The translations under genes were made by a program, and so were the position numbers. Of a stretch of DNA of 52,549 bases, positions 18,516 to 27,603 are shown piece by piece. The notes below the pieces were generated by a model that was given only the letters and a program-made list of their open reading frames with translations, was not told where the DNA came from and did not search any database. Origin of the DNA: a virus (taxonomy: Duplodnaviria; Caudoviricetes); IMG/VR virus record IMGVR_UViG_3300037461_000955, positions 1-52,549 of that record. One strand, written 5' to 3'. The stretch's first letter is position 1. Each line of letters opens with the position of its first letter.

Positions 18516-18734
18516 TTATGCCTCTATAATCGTTGTTTCTTGGGACTTGGCATTGTCCAGCATGGCAGACACCTCTTTGACTGCCCCTTCAAGCTGAATC
18601 AGTCTCACGTTAATGTCATTCAGGCGGTTGGATTTGAACTGCAGCTCCTTGACCAAATCTGTGCCTTCGGCCTGAAGCTCTTCCAGTTGTTTCTGTAATT
18701 CTACCAGTCTACTTTGAAATAAACTTAAGCTCAT
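18516..18734 (-). CDS. Hypothetical coiled-coil protein
   Basis: 72 aa with GGAGAG RBS. Confidence 0.6.
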   Translation of the reverse strand: MSLSLFQSRLVELQKQLEELQAEGTDLVKELQFKSNRLNDINVRLIQLEGAVKEVSAMLDNAKSQETTIIEA

Positions 18735-18760
18735 ATGCTCTCCATTCTGTGTGGCAGTAA

Positions 18761-18787
18761 GGAGGCCAAGTTTTAAGCTTGACCTCC
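18761..18787 (-). terminator. Stem-loop after the beta-helix gene
   Basis: GGAGGCCAAG-ttttaag-CTTGACCTCC imperfect inverted repeat; no strong U tract. Confidence 0.4.
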
Positions 18788-18810
18788 TCCGCCAAATTGT
18801 CTATAACAGG

Positions 18811-19731
18811 TTAGTCGTCTGCGGAAGCCGTGCCAACGATACCGCCTGTTTCAGTAGGCACTTCGCAATAATAATTCTCAAACAACCATGCGCCGTCGCA
18901 AACAATAGAGGCCGCTTTTGTGGCCAAGTTTGAGGCAATATAGTTATTAGAGATAATCCCGGTGGTACCGGTGAGCATTTCTATCGCCGGCTCTGTTGCG
19001 CCTTGCTGGAATACATTCTTGTCAATTAACAAGTTTGTGGACAATGTGGTGATTCCGCCGATCATTGCAGTTGAATGCGCGCCAGTAAAGCGGCAATTCT
19101 TAATTGCCACATTATCACTTGCGCCAACAATCTTGATTCCGTGTACGGCAGCCTGTGCACCCGCAGCAAAGTAACAGTTGTCGATGATAGTGTCATTACA
19201 TCCTGCACCAGCCAGTCGTAAAGCAATGGCAAATTCATCTGTGGCTGTTTCGGCGTAACCAAAATCGCAATTTCTAACTACCGTTCCAGTCACACCGGTT
19301 TCAATATCAAGCCCTACTGTTACTGCATTTGCACTTACCCTAAATCTGATATTATCGATTGTGATATTTGCGGCACCGACCGCGACACTTGCGGCTTGAT
19401 TATCAAAATCTATCGTTGGTTTCAATGAACCCTGTCCGATACCCACAACCGTCAACCCGGCAATATCAAAATCAATCTCCGCAGCAGTGGTGATGCCCTC
19501 ATTGTGTCCAGGAGCAATTACTATAACATCTCTGCGGTTGGCAACGCATTTAGCTATCGCCGCCTCAATAGTCGTAAAAAGTTTCTGGGATGCGATTCGC
19601 TCGGCCCATATTGTACGGCAAGCGGCTGACGTAGAGCAGACATAATATGTTTCTCCCACGCCTATTCCCGATAGCAATTTATGCGGCAGTATGGCGGCGT
19701 CATCCGCAATGTTTTTGTTTGTAATAGCCAT
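18811..19731 (-). CDS. Right-handed beta-helix (pectin lyase-like) virion protein, possible head fibre/spike
   Basis: TIEAAIAKC...DVIVIAPGH entry motif and repeated (I/V)xNCxF strands; directly after the capsid gene. Confidence 0.65.
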   Translation of the reverse strand: MAITNKNIADDAAILPHKLLSGIGVGETYYVCSTSAACRTIWAERIASQKLFTTIEAAIAKCVANRRDVIVIAPGHNEGITTAAEIDFDIAGLTVVGIGQGSLKPTIDFDNQAASVAVGAANITIDNIRFRVSANAVTVGLDIETGVTGTVVRNCDFGYAETATDEFAIALRLAGAGCNDTIIDNCYFAAGAQAAVHGIKIVGASDNVAIKNCRFTGAHSTAMIGGITTLSTNLLIDKNVFQQGATEPAIEMLTGTTGIISNNYIASNLATKAASIVCDGAWLFENYYCEVPTETGGIVGTASADD

Positions 19732-19800
19732 AATTCTTTCCTTAGTTAAGCAGCTTGTTTAAGGTCAACTGCTGATAAACCTTTCTGCATATTAGTAGAA

Positions 19801-19836
19801 TGATGGGGGCCGACTGCAGACTGCCGACCCCCATCT
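19801..19836 (-). terminator. Hairpin after the major capsid gene
   Basis: GATGGGGG...CCCCCATC inverted repeat. Confidence 0.55.
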
Positions 19837-19856
19837 CACGAAAGGAGTAGACTTAC

Positions 19857-21290
19857 TTATTCGGTGATATAGCCCAGCTTGATCTGTTTACCAGGGTTTG
19901 TGCAGACAAAGTTGAAGTAATCAACTGCGGACGCAAACTTGCTATCCGCGTTGTCTTTCTGGGTCAGAATGTCGCCGCCAGTACCAGTCAGCCAGCGATA
20001 CCCACTCCAGCCAGTCGGACGGACAAAAGCGAAATCGGCAGTGTTAATCAAGAAGCCGTTTCCGGTCGGAACCGAGGGCATAGAAGTCAGCATCAACTGT
20101 CTGTCGCCCAGTTGGATGCCAAGCCCTTTATAGCCACCCACCCAGTCCATCGCCTGCATCGTATTGAATCGACGGTCGGCTTTATTGTTCTGGAAGTATT
20201 TCAGGATAGCCCTTGGTGACACGATCATCACATTCGGCTGGCACTGGTATAGGTTTTCCGCCTCAATAAGGACGCTCAAGAGGTTTTCCTCGTCGAGTTC
20301 GTCATTGATGGCATAATACGGGGACTTCAGGACAGAATTGGCTGCAGTGGTGCGGTCAAGATTCCATATGTACTTGAAGTTTTCCAGTGCCTCTGTACCA
20401 TAGAAGTCGCTGGTCGTTGAGGCGCCATCGGAAACCAGGTTCATCAGTCCATTGGGTTCCAAACACCGCACTGTGCCGCTTTCAGCGATTTCGCCATAAG
20501 CGCCTTTCTTGACAATCCAGTCACCGGCATCTACGGTACGGTTAGATGTCCAAGCCTGGCCCAATGTCAATGTGCCCTGGGTTGAAGTCCGTTTATTGCC
20601 TGTGGTCAACGCACTGATTTGCATGTCGTACAAAGCAGTGTCATAGATGCGTTTGGTCAATGATGTGGTGGAAGCCGCCGTAGGTGCCGCATAGAAATTC
20701 AACCACTGATTCGGTTCAAGATACTGTGTATCAAAGAACCCGGCGCCCTTAATGGTCAGCGAATAACCCGACGTGCCGGGTTGCGAGTATACTTTGGCGA
20801 CAATGCCATCACCCGCGCCCATTAACTGTCGTTCAAGGTTAATACGGCTGGACTCCATCAGGCTTTCGACGTGTTCCTGGACCAGGTCGATATACGAACC
20901 TTGTCCGCCTTGAACAGTAGCCAGGGCAGGACCGGTGAACTCCAGATACATATTCTGGTATTTCATCCATTCCCATCCCTGAATCCCCGCGACCGGCGTG
21001 GCGTCAACAAAGCTGCCGCCTTCCTCAAAAGCCCCGACACCTGTAGACCGCTTGGTTTTAAAGTAACCAATAATCCGGCGACCCGTGGCATCCAGTTTGG
21101 CTGCCGAGGATTCAATCAGGCGAGTAAATTTGTTGTCAAAATACAGTGTGTTGTTGAACGCAGGAAGATAGATGTCTTTCAAGACACCGGACAGGGCATT
21201 TAAGCCCGTCGACTGCATGACGTAAGTGCCTTCTGTTTTGGCATTCGCGTTCATGTCATAGCGAGTAACCGCAGTTGTTGGAATAGCCAT
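19857..21290 (-). CDS. Major capsid protein
   Basis: 477 aa after portal and scaffold; VLKDIY, LERQLMGAGDG and EPNGLMNLV motifs typical of HK97-fold capsids. Confidence 0.8.
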   Translation of the reverse strand: MAIPTTAVTRYDMNANAKTEGTYVMQSTGLNALSGVLKDIYLPAFNNTLYFDNKFTRLIESSAAKLDATGRRIIGYFKTKRSTGVGAFEEGGSFVDATPVAGIQGWEWMKYQNMYLEFTGPALATVQGGQGSYIDLVQEHVESLMESSRINLERQLMGAGDGIVAKVYSQPGTSGYSLTIKGAGFFDTQYLEPNQWLNFYAAPTAASTTSLTKRIYDTALYDMQISALTTGNKRTSTQGTLTLGQAWTSNRTVDAGDWIVKKGAYGEIAESGTVRCLEPNGLMNLVSDGASTTSDFYGTEALENFKYIWNLDRTTAANSVLKSPYYAINDELDEENLLSVLIEAENLYQCQPNVMIVSPRAILKYFQNNKADRRFNTMQAMDWVGGYKGLGIQLGDRQLMLTSMPSVPTGNGFLINTADFAFVRPTGWSGYRWLTGTGGDILTQKDNADSKFASAVDYFNFVCTNPGKQIKLGYITE

Positions 21291-21315
21291 TACTATACTT
21301 TCTTAAAATGTCCGA

Positions 21316-22185
21316 TTAAACAGGATGGCCAAATTGCTGTATATACGCCGCTGCCCTCGCCCTCATGTTGTCTTTGGTGATGGGAAGGCCTGCGGGTATA
21401 GCAGGTGAATTGCCAGTGCCTGCTGAAATCGGAACCACATTGGTTTGGTTGTTAGGTTTCGAGTTCGTTAAGGCCTCGCGTTCCTGTTTTCGTCCAAGTT
21501 CGATGTAGGCATCTCTCAGTCGGTTATACCTTGGGACATTCATTTCTGCGTAGTACTTATACATTTCGGGAGTGAAAAACCTGTTGGGATTCTGCGACCG
21601 AAACGCCTCACTACTGACAAAATGGTCCGTTGAACTGTAGAAGATGTCTTTTTCTAACTCGGCCAAATCAGGCGGCAACTGCTTGTGTAACGCGTCATTG
21701 CTAATCACGCTCTGCACAGAACTCTTGACAGCTGAGACAATCTGCTGTGTGCTCTGTGCCGACTCCTTGACCTCTTGTTCCCGTATTGCGTCCACCATGA
21801 CCGCCAGTGCTTCTTTGAAGTCATCCGCCGTAGGATCGGCAGTGCTGACTTTCTGATACACACCAGCCAGTCTTTCTGATGCTCGTCTGGGAGGTTCGGA
21901 TTGTCTTTGTGGTTGCGGTTGACGATTTAACACTTCGTCCCAGTTCATGAGTCCTCGGTTGATCTTGTCGACGACATCACTTTCCGGGTCGATGCCCAGT
22001 GTCTTGAGGGCCTTGTTATACTTTGCGATTTCCTGCTCAAGACGGGCAGCTTTGCCATTGTCTACGGTCTGAGGCGCCGCAGTTGCCGGCTCAGTGGTCG
22101 GAAGTCCGCCCTGATTTGCCGTGTAGTCTGCTTGGACTGCACCGGTCGCACCTGCGCCAGTGTTTATGCCAGCTTCATTTTCCAT
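21316..22185 (-). CDS. Capsid scaffolding protein
   Basis: Helical, low-complexity protein between portal and capsid genes. Confidence 0.65.
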   Translation of the reverse strand: MENEAGINTGAGATGAVQADYTANQGGLPTTEPATAAPQTVDNGKAARLEQEIAKYNKALKTLGIDPESDVVDKINRGLMNWDEVLNRQPQPQRQSEPPRRASERLAGVYQKVSTADPTADDFKEALAVMVDAIREQEVKESAQSTQQIVSAVKSSVQSVISNDALHKQLPPDLAELEKDIFYSSTDHFVSSEAFRSQNPNRFFTPEMYKYYAEMNVPRYNRLRDAYIELGRKQEREALTNSKPNNQTNVVPISAGTGNSPAIPAGLPITKDNMRARAAAYIQQFGHPV

Positions 22186-22206
22186 TCTGTCTCCTTGGGT
22201 TATTGC

Positions 22207-24378
22207 TTAGTCTGCGGCTTTGTTCTGTGACTTCTGCTCGTCAGACTGTATTTTTGCTATGGCTACATCCGCCTGCACCTGCTGTAACTGTGCGGTCTGT
22301 TTAGCCAGAATCTGTTCCATAGTGTTTCCACGTTGGAAGGCTTCCATCTGGGTCATCTGCTGACCGCTGGCCGCCTGGGTCTGGGAAATGATATTGCTGT
22401 GCATTTGAATGTGCATCAGCATGGCATCGGCCAGTATCTTCCACTGAACCTCACCCGTACCAATATATTCCCAGTACTTATCCAAGAGGAAGTTGGTGTG
22501 CTCCTCAATATGGACTTCATGAATATCAAAGACATTCGGCGGCGGAACAAAGATGTTCTGCGCCAAGTCATCGGCTATCATCTCAAACGGAACGCCCTTT
22601 GTGGACGGAATCCGCTGTACAATGCTTTCGGCGTTGATAAACTCTTTTTGGGCAAATGCCACGTGTTTCGAGTTTAACTGCAGGATATTATCAATTCCGC
22701 CAACATCCATCTGCTTCAAGACATAGTTGCGTACCTGCGGGCTTGCTGGGTCGCCCAGAATGCCTGACTGCCACAGTGCAAATGTCTTGTCAGCCTCTAC
22801 GGCTTTACTGGTCGGCATAGAGCTCCCCATTCGCACCGTAACGCTGAACTTGCCATGCAGTTCGTTTGAATCTATCTTTTCCAGTGTCCAGGCATTGTCT
22901 TTGCCTACCACTGAAATCAACCGCGTTCCGTAGTTGGCCACAGCAAGCGACAGGAGTTGATGTACGACCTTTTCGTCTGCCGCATCTAACCCATCTATCA
23001 TGGGACCGAACTGCTGTTGTGCCGCGTCCTGGAGTGCCAGGAGGCCTTTGGCAGAGTCCACACCTGTCGGCCTGATACCCCGCGATGGTTCCGGGAAGCT
23101 GAAAACCTCGTCAATGCTCCGCTTCACCTCGTCCATGTAGGCAAATATGGCTGACGAGATAGGAACGCCCGGTTCTCTGGTTGGCTTAAAAGTGCCATCA
23201 TACTCAATGATATTGCCGGCGCGGTTGTCAATCTTCTTAAAGTTAATCTTGGAATTCCGTTGCACCATAATGACGCTGTTTCCTACCGCGTCAATGTTGT
23301 CCAGAATCATACTCCTGAGCCGGTTGTATTCTCTCTGCAGCGGCCTGGCCTGCGAGATTCTGGATATAGACCGCACCGTAACCCCAGATAAGGGTATTGG
23401 TGAAGCCGGTACAAATGGCAAATCGCCATGCGGATAGGTTTCGATCGGATATGGCTGGTTCACAGCTATCTCAGTGCCTATCTTTACTGCGTATGCCCCC
23501 AAAGGCATATTCTTATTGCGGACATGCCAGAACTCATAATAGTCCACAAGTTTGTCTTCCAGCAATTCCTGGCCTGTGCGCCCCCCATTAGACGGGGTCA
23601 TTGGTGCAATACGTTCAGTTAAAGTGGAGAAATCAGATAGAATATCCAGTTCAAACGAGCCTGGGTTGTAATCATTGCCTATATCGTCATGGCCTACTTT
23701 CTCTGCCAGTTCCTGACCATATAGCTTTCTAACCTCTCCAACTGTTATTTTCTTGTGATGGATAACCCATTCAAGCCTTCTGAGGTCCTTGGTCCGCCAA
23801 TCAAACACCATTTCCGTATTCGGAATATGTTCTACAATAGCTTCACCCTGGAAATCCGGGTCAAAAGGCGGGCGACTTGGGTCAAAATTCGGGTCTTCGG
23901 GGAATGTATTGTTGCCTGTTACTCTATAATACTGGTCCCACCAAACTTTGCGCCAGCCAATGCCGGCTATGTCATACCACAACACACACGCTTTTCTGGA
24001 AAAATCTTGTCCGTTTATTCTCTGCAGATAAGGAAGGATTTTATCACACGCCTTGGCTGTGGCCTTGTCGGCTTCGTCTGTACTGGTCGGTACAATGTCA
24101 AACTTAGGCATGGCACGGCTTGCCGTGGCAATATCATTAACCACCGCCGGCAGTATCCGGTTGGCTACCACTGGCGTCTGGTATGATTCAGGTAACTGCT
24201 GTATCTGGTTGTTCAGAATCTGGATGTTCTGAAATCCGCACAGATAGGCGATGTTGGCCCGAATCTCAATAGACGCGGCACGCCTGAAGTCATTGAAGGA
24301 CGTTACCTTCTTGTCTATCAGGTCTGCCATTTGCTTGTCGGCAGGTGACATTTCTGGGTTTAGATTAGTTTCCGGCAT
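22207..24378 (-). CDS. Portal protein (P22-like podoviral)
   Basis: 723 aa after terminase; ARPLQREYNRLRS motif and Q-rich barrel C-terminus. Confidence 0.85.
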   Translation of the reverse strand: MPETNLNPEMSPADKQMADLIDKKVTSFNDFRRAASIEIRANIAYLCGFQNIQILNNQIQQLPESYQTPVVANRILPAVVNDIATASRAMPKFDIVPTSTDEADKATAKACDKILPYLQRINGQDFSRKACVLWYDIAGIGWRKVWWDQYYRVTGNNTFPEDPNFDPSRPPFDPDFQGEAIVEHIPNTEMVFDWRTKDLRRLEWVIHHKKITVGEVRKLYGQELAEKVGHDDIGNDYNPGSFELDILSDFSTLTERIAPMTPSNGGRTGQELLEDKLVDYYEFWHVRNKNMPLGAYAVKIGTEIAVNQPYPIETYPHGDLPFVPASPIPLSGVTVRSISRISQARPLQREYNRLRSMILDNIDAVGNSVIMVQRNSKINFKKIDNRAGNIIEYDGTFKPTREPGVPISSAIFAYMDEVKRSIDEVFSFPEPSRGIRPTGVDSAKGLLALQDAAQQQFGPMIDGLDAADEKVVHQLLSLAVANYGTRLISVVGKDNAWTLEKIDSNELHGKFSVTVRMGSSMPTSKAVEADKTFALWQSGILGDPASPQVRNYVLKQMDVGGIDNILQLNSKHVAFAQKEFINAESIVQRIPSTKGVPFEMIADDLAQNIFVPPPNVFDIHEVHIEEHTNFLLDKYWEYIGTGEVQWKILADAMLMHIQMHSNIISQTQAASGQQMTQMEAFQRGNTMEQILAKQTAQLQQVQADVAIAKIQSDEQKSQNKAAD

Positions 24379-24604
24379 AAGTGTTGGTCTGTCGCCCTAT
24401 AATACCCTCGGCTCCATTAACTCTGACGCGGCTTCTGCAAGCTGGGCAGGTTATTGTGGCGTCATACATGTAAAGCTCCATACCGCGATGCTTGACATGC
24501 ACAAGCCACCCCTCATCACCTTCCAGGGTTACTGGAATGCGTTTACACAAGAGCCGGTAGCACTTGGGGCATTTAACGTTTTTTGCGTTTTTTTGCTGCA
24601 GCAT
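24365..24604 (-). CDS. Com-like zinc-ribbon protein
   Basis: VKCPKCYRLL...ITCPACR. Confidence 0.6.
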   Translation of the reverse strand: MLQQKNAKNVKCPKCYRLLCKRIPVTLEGDEGWLVHVKHRGMELYMYDATITCPACRSRVRVNGAEGIIGRQTNTYAGN

Positions 24605-24815
24605 CTTCTACCTCTTTCGCGGGTTCGTCTTGTGCGGGTTCCACTTTGGCTGGCGGGAATAATGCTTCTTCCACACTTTTTCTGATACAGCCGTAACACA
24701 CATACGCCCTGTATTTCCATGGCGAATAGGAATCCAAAAACACACTGTCGCCTCGTTCTCCGCACAGTGTACACTCATGTCTTGCTCCGCTGATTACATT
24801 AAATCGCGCTTTCAT
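24573..24815 (-). CDS. Small zinc-finger protein
   Basis: CTLC...CYGC with a basic tail. Confidence 0.5.
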   Translation of the reverse strand: MKARFNVISGARHECTLCGERGDSVFLDSYSPWKYRAYVCYGCIRKSVEEALFPPAKVEPAQDEPAKEVEDAAAKKRKKR

Positions 24816-24822
24816 AAGCTCC

Positions 24823-25533
24823 TTACGCTATAACTACTTTCTCTTCTTGGGGCTCACGTATGGACTGCATTAACTTGTCCATCATGGCTTTATGCTGAAG
24901 ATTAACCTTGGATGGTTTCAAAGCTCTTGCCTCGCGCTTGCTTTTTGGCCATATCAGGCATCCGTGGATAGCCAGCATTGTGGCTATCACATCGTCGTCA
25001 TTCAATCCCTGTGCCGCACCAGTCTTTGTCTTGTCCTCAATGTAGACATAGTTGCCCAGCTCATCTACCGTGTCTAAGCACTGTATCACAACCTCGTTAT
25101 TCTTGAGGACCGACTGGAACTCCCTGATTAAAAGCCATTTGCTGGCCTGTGTGGTCTGGAAACCAAACTTGGTGGAAACATTCGGGCTTTCGTCCAGATG
25201 CTGTTCAGCTTGATAGCACCAGGGGTATTGGTGCACCTGAATCAGGGCATCCTGAACCGCGTTGCCCGGATAATTGGTTTCGCATATAATCAGGGCGTTG
25301 TTGTAATATCTTCCTAACAGGTTGGCATAGCTGCCGGCATCCAAAACCGAACATTTCGCCCGGAATCTTGCTGCCTGCTTGAACGGCATGGTTCTGGTAA
25401 AGACTTCCATGACCGTGTAGTCGCCGCCTACTCCCGTGGCCGTGTCAATACCAATGACATACTCCTCGCCGGCCTCCGGTTTATTCCATATGCTGAAAGG
25501 ACCATCAGGGACAGGAATGAAATCAATCTGCAT
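24823..25533 (-). CDS. Terminase large subunit, RNase H-like nuclease domain (separate gene)
   Basis: YVIGIDTATG, ICETN, DDDVIATMLA; ATG overlaps the upstream TAA (TAATG). Confidence 0.85.
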   Translation of the reverse strand: MQIDFIPVPDGPFSIWNKPEAGEEYVIGIDTATGVGGDYTVMEVFTRTMPFKQAARFRAKCSVLDAGSYANLLGRYYNNALIICETNYPGNAVQDALIQVHQYPWCYQAEQHLDESPNVSTKFGFQTTQASKWLLIREFQSVLKNNEVVIQCLDTVDELGNYVYIEDKTKTGAAQGLNDDDVIATMLAIHGCLIWPKSKREARALKPSKVNLQHKAMMDKLMQSIREPQEEKVVIA

Positions 25534-26498
25534 TAGGCTACTCTCTGTAATATGCCACAATCAGCGCTTTCAAATCCCGCCTCGATGGCCTCTTTGAGTT
25601 TTCTCAGTATTGTCCTGTCAAAAACAGGGTTGCCACCAAAAATAATATATTCGCCTTCAATACGAACCAGTCGTTCGTCTTCCGGCAATGTCTTGGCAAA
25701 TGCCTCTACGGCATCCAGCGGAATATACGGATTCTCTCGCATACCCGCAAATGTTCTGTATACATCCCATCGTTCCGACAGCGCCTTGAGCCATGCTGTT
25801 CCACGCACTGGCGTGGCTGTCATCCACCAGACCCCTCTTGAGTCCACCAGGCGGGCCTCGATTTCAGAGAAGATATCCGTATTCTTCGGCTCCTCGTCTA
25901 TCCAGACCCAGTCAATCTTGGCGCCCTGAAACTTATCTGTGCCCATTTCTGTGGACTTAAAGATAACCTTCCATTCCCGCCCATCACCATGACAAATCCA
26001 CAAATTGTCCTGCTTGTAAAACTTGGTCTTAAACCTTGATGGCAGGAACTTCTCGAACATGGGCCTGTCAATGTCGCGGAGCATAGGATTGTCAAGACCC
26101 ACAATCCATCCCGTGCCTGACGCCGGAAACTTCCGATAAGGGTGTTTGCCTGTTATCGCAAGGCAACACTCATAGGCGCCCATCTCTGACTTTCCGATGC
26201 GGTTGGAACCCAGCGCTACTCTGCCTTTGTATTCTCCGGCTGCCTGAAGGAAATCCCATTGCCAGCCCGGCTTGCCATCTGAACGCCGGTAATACGGTTC
26301 AAACCTATAGAATGGTTCCCTGGACATCTCCAGAATCTGCCGGGCCATCGCTTTGTTTTCCGGCTTTTGGAACCAATCCGGTTGACTGCACAGCGTCTTC
26401 AATTTCACCAAATAATTCCTCATCTGATGCACTGGTAAGATTGCCGGACAGCTCGATGTGCCTTGGTGCTCTAATTCCGTAAATATCTGTGATAGCAT
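25533..26498 (-). CDS. Terminase large subunit, ATPase domain (true start probably about 26348)
   Basis: Walker A GSNRIGKS, Walker B WVWIDEE, motif III MTATP, ENPYI. Confidence 0.88.
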   Translation of the reverse strand: MLSQIFTELEHQGTSSCPAILPVHQMRNYLVKLKTLCSQPDWFQKPENKAMARQILEMSREPFYRFEPYYRRSDGKPGWQWDFLQAAGEYKGRVALGSNRIGKSEMGAYECCLAITGKHPYRKFPASGTGWIVGLDNPMLRDIDRPMFEKFLPSRFKTKFYKQDNLWICHGDGREWKVIFKSTEMGTDKFQGAKIDWVWIDEEPKNTDIFSEIEARLVDSRGVWWMTATPVRGTAWLKALSERWDVYRTFAGMRENPYIPLDAVEAFAKTLPEDERLVRIEGEYIIFGGNPVFDRTILRKLKEAIEAGFESADCGILQRVA

Positions 26499-26805
26499 CT
26501 AGAGCCTTCATCTGTGTTGGGTTATCGTCCTCATACCAATGAGTCGTACCCATCACTATACACTTTTGCGCCTTTGTTTTCTCTATCAGGGCTTTAACGT
26601 GGATGTCAATGCCATGATTGTACCGTTCCAATGCGTCAAGGCTCAGGTCTCTGTAAGCTGGTTTCTTTTTGATGCGCTTGACCGTGTCTACAGAAACTCC
26701 AACCTCCTGTGCTGTCTGAGCCAGTGTTTTGTTCTGGATTTCATGGGCCTGAAACACTTCAAGGTCTCTGAGTTTGAGTGTATTGGGGTCTTCTTTTGCT
26801 GGCAT
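26305..26805 (-). CDS. Terminase small subunit (HTH)
   Basis: HTH LAQTAQEVGVSVDTVKRI; directly upstream of the ATPase gene. Confidence 0.7.
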   Translation of the reverse strand: MPAKEDPNTLKLRDLEVFQAHEIQNKTLAQTAQEVGVSVDTVKRIKKKPAYRDLSLDALERYNHGIDIHVKALIEKTKAQKCIVMGTTHWYEDDNPTQMKALDAITDIYGIRAPRHIELSGNLTSASDEELFGEIEDAVQSTGLVPKAGKQSDGPADSGDVQGTIL

Positions 26806-26806
26806 A

Positions 26807-27601
26807 TTAACCTACTCGGTCAATTAACTTTTCTTTTGGAGCATACACGTTATTGTGATGCCATTTAAAGCCCCATCCATCCACTCTGTCGGCTGCCGTT
26901 GCTGCCGTATACAGGGCATCAAAGAATATAATGTCGTATTCTCCGTCTGGCAGGGCTGCTGGCAAAGTGACTGGATAACCACAAAGACCCTCTGTGTAGG
27001 TAATTGCGACATTGCCATTAGCAAAGTCTGCCCCGTCTACTGCCGTGTTTCCTGCCAAGGCTCCGGCGTTGCGATCCCAGACCTTTTCGTCACTCAGACG
27101 ATTCAGACGGTAACACTTATTGGTTCCTGAGTAATTACCATAGTAAATAAAATGTGCCATTTCTTTAGTTCCTGAAATATATTCTGTTACTGTTATTGTG
27201 CCCGTTGTGGTTAATGCTGCTTCATAGTCGCCAACAGGGTCAGCGTTACGTCTTTTCCATATATAGTTATCTACTCCATCATTATACAGAAGAGCCCAGT
27301 GATCTGTGTCCCATGTTATCGTTACATGAGGGCTCGTTGGATACTCAGATGTACAATAACCCTCTGCAAAAGATGGAGATGGTAAAGAAGCATAATAATT
27401 AAGAATCTTGTCTATTGGATAAGACGGAACAGCGTCTGAGCTCGTTAATACTATTGTGTTAGGATAACTCATACTCTCCTCCATCAGCCATTCTTCGGCC
27501 ATTATCGACAGGTTGAGTAAATCCACTCTGCCATCGTTGTTTATATCTGCCCTGAGAGCAAAGCAAGATGAAGTTAGTATTAGTCATATTAAGAGTCTCA
27601 T
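26807..27601 (-). CDS. Secreted dockerin-motif protein with an in-frame TGA at codon 6 (open frame 26807-27583)
   Basis: MRLLI*LILTSSCFA signal peptide, then ADINNDGRVDLLNLSIMAEEWL. Confidence 0.6.
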
Positions 27602-27603
27602 AG

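Noticed and set aside
3766-26868. Numerous plus-strand ORFs in the six-frame track
   Set aside because: They are antisense shadows of well-supported minus-strand genes with no recognisable motifs.
13456-27601. Stop-codon reassignment (TGA at 27584, TAG in a short frame at about 13552)
   Set aside because: Long genes are intact in code 11 and many end in TGA or TAG; these are isolated cases.
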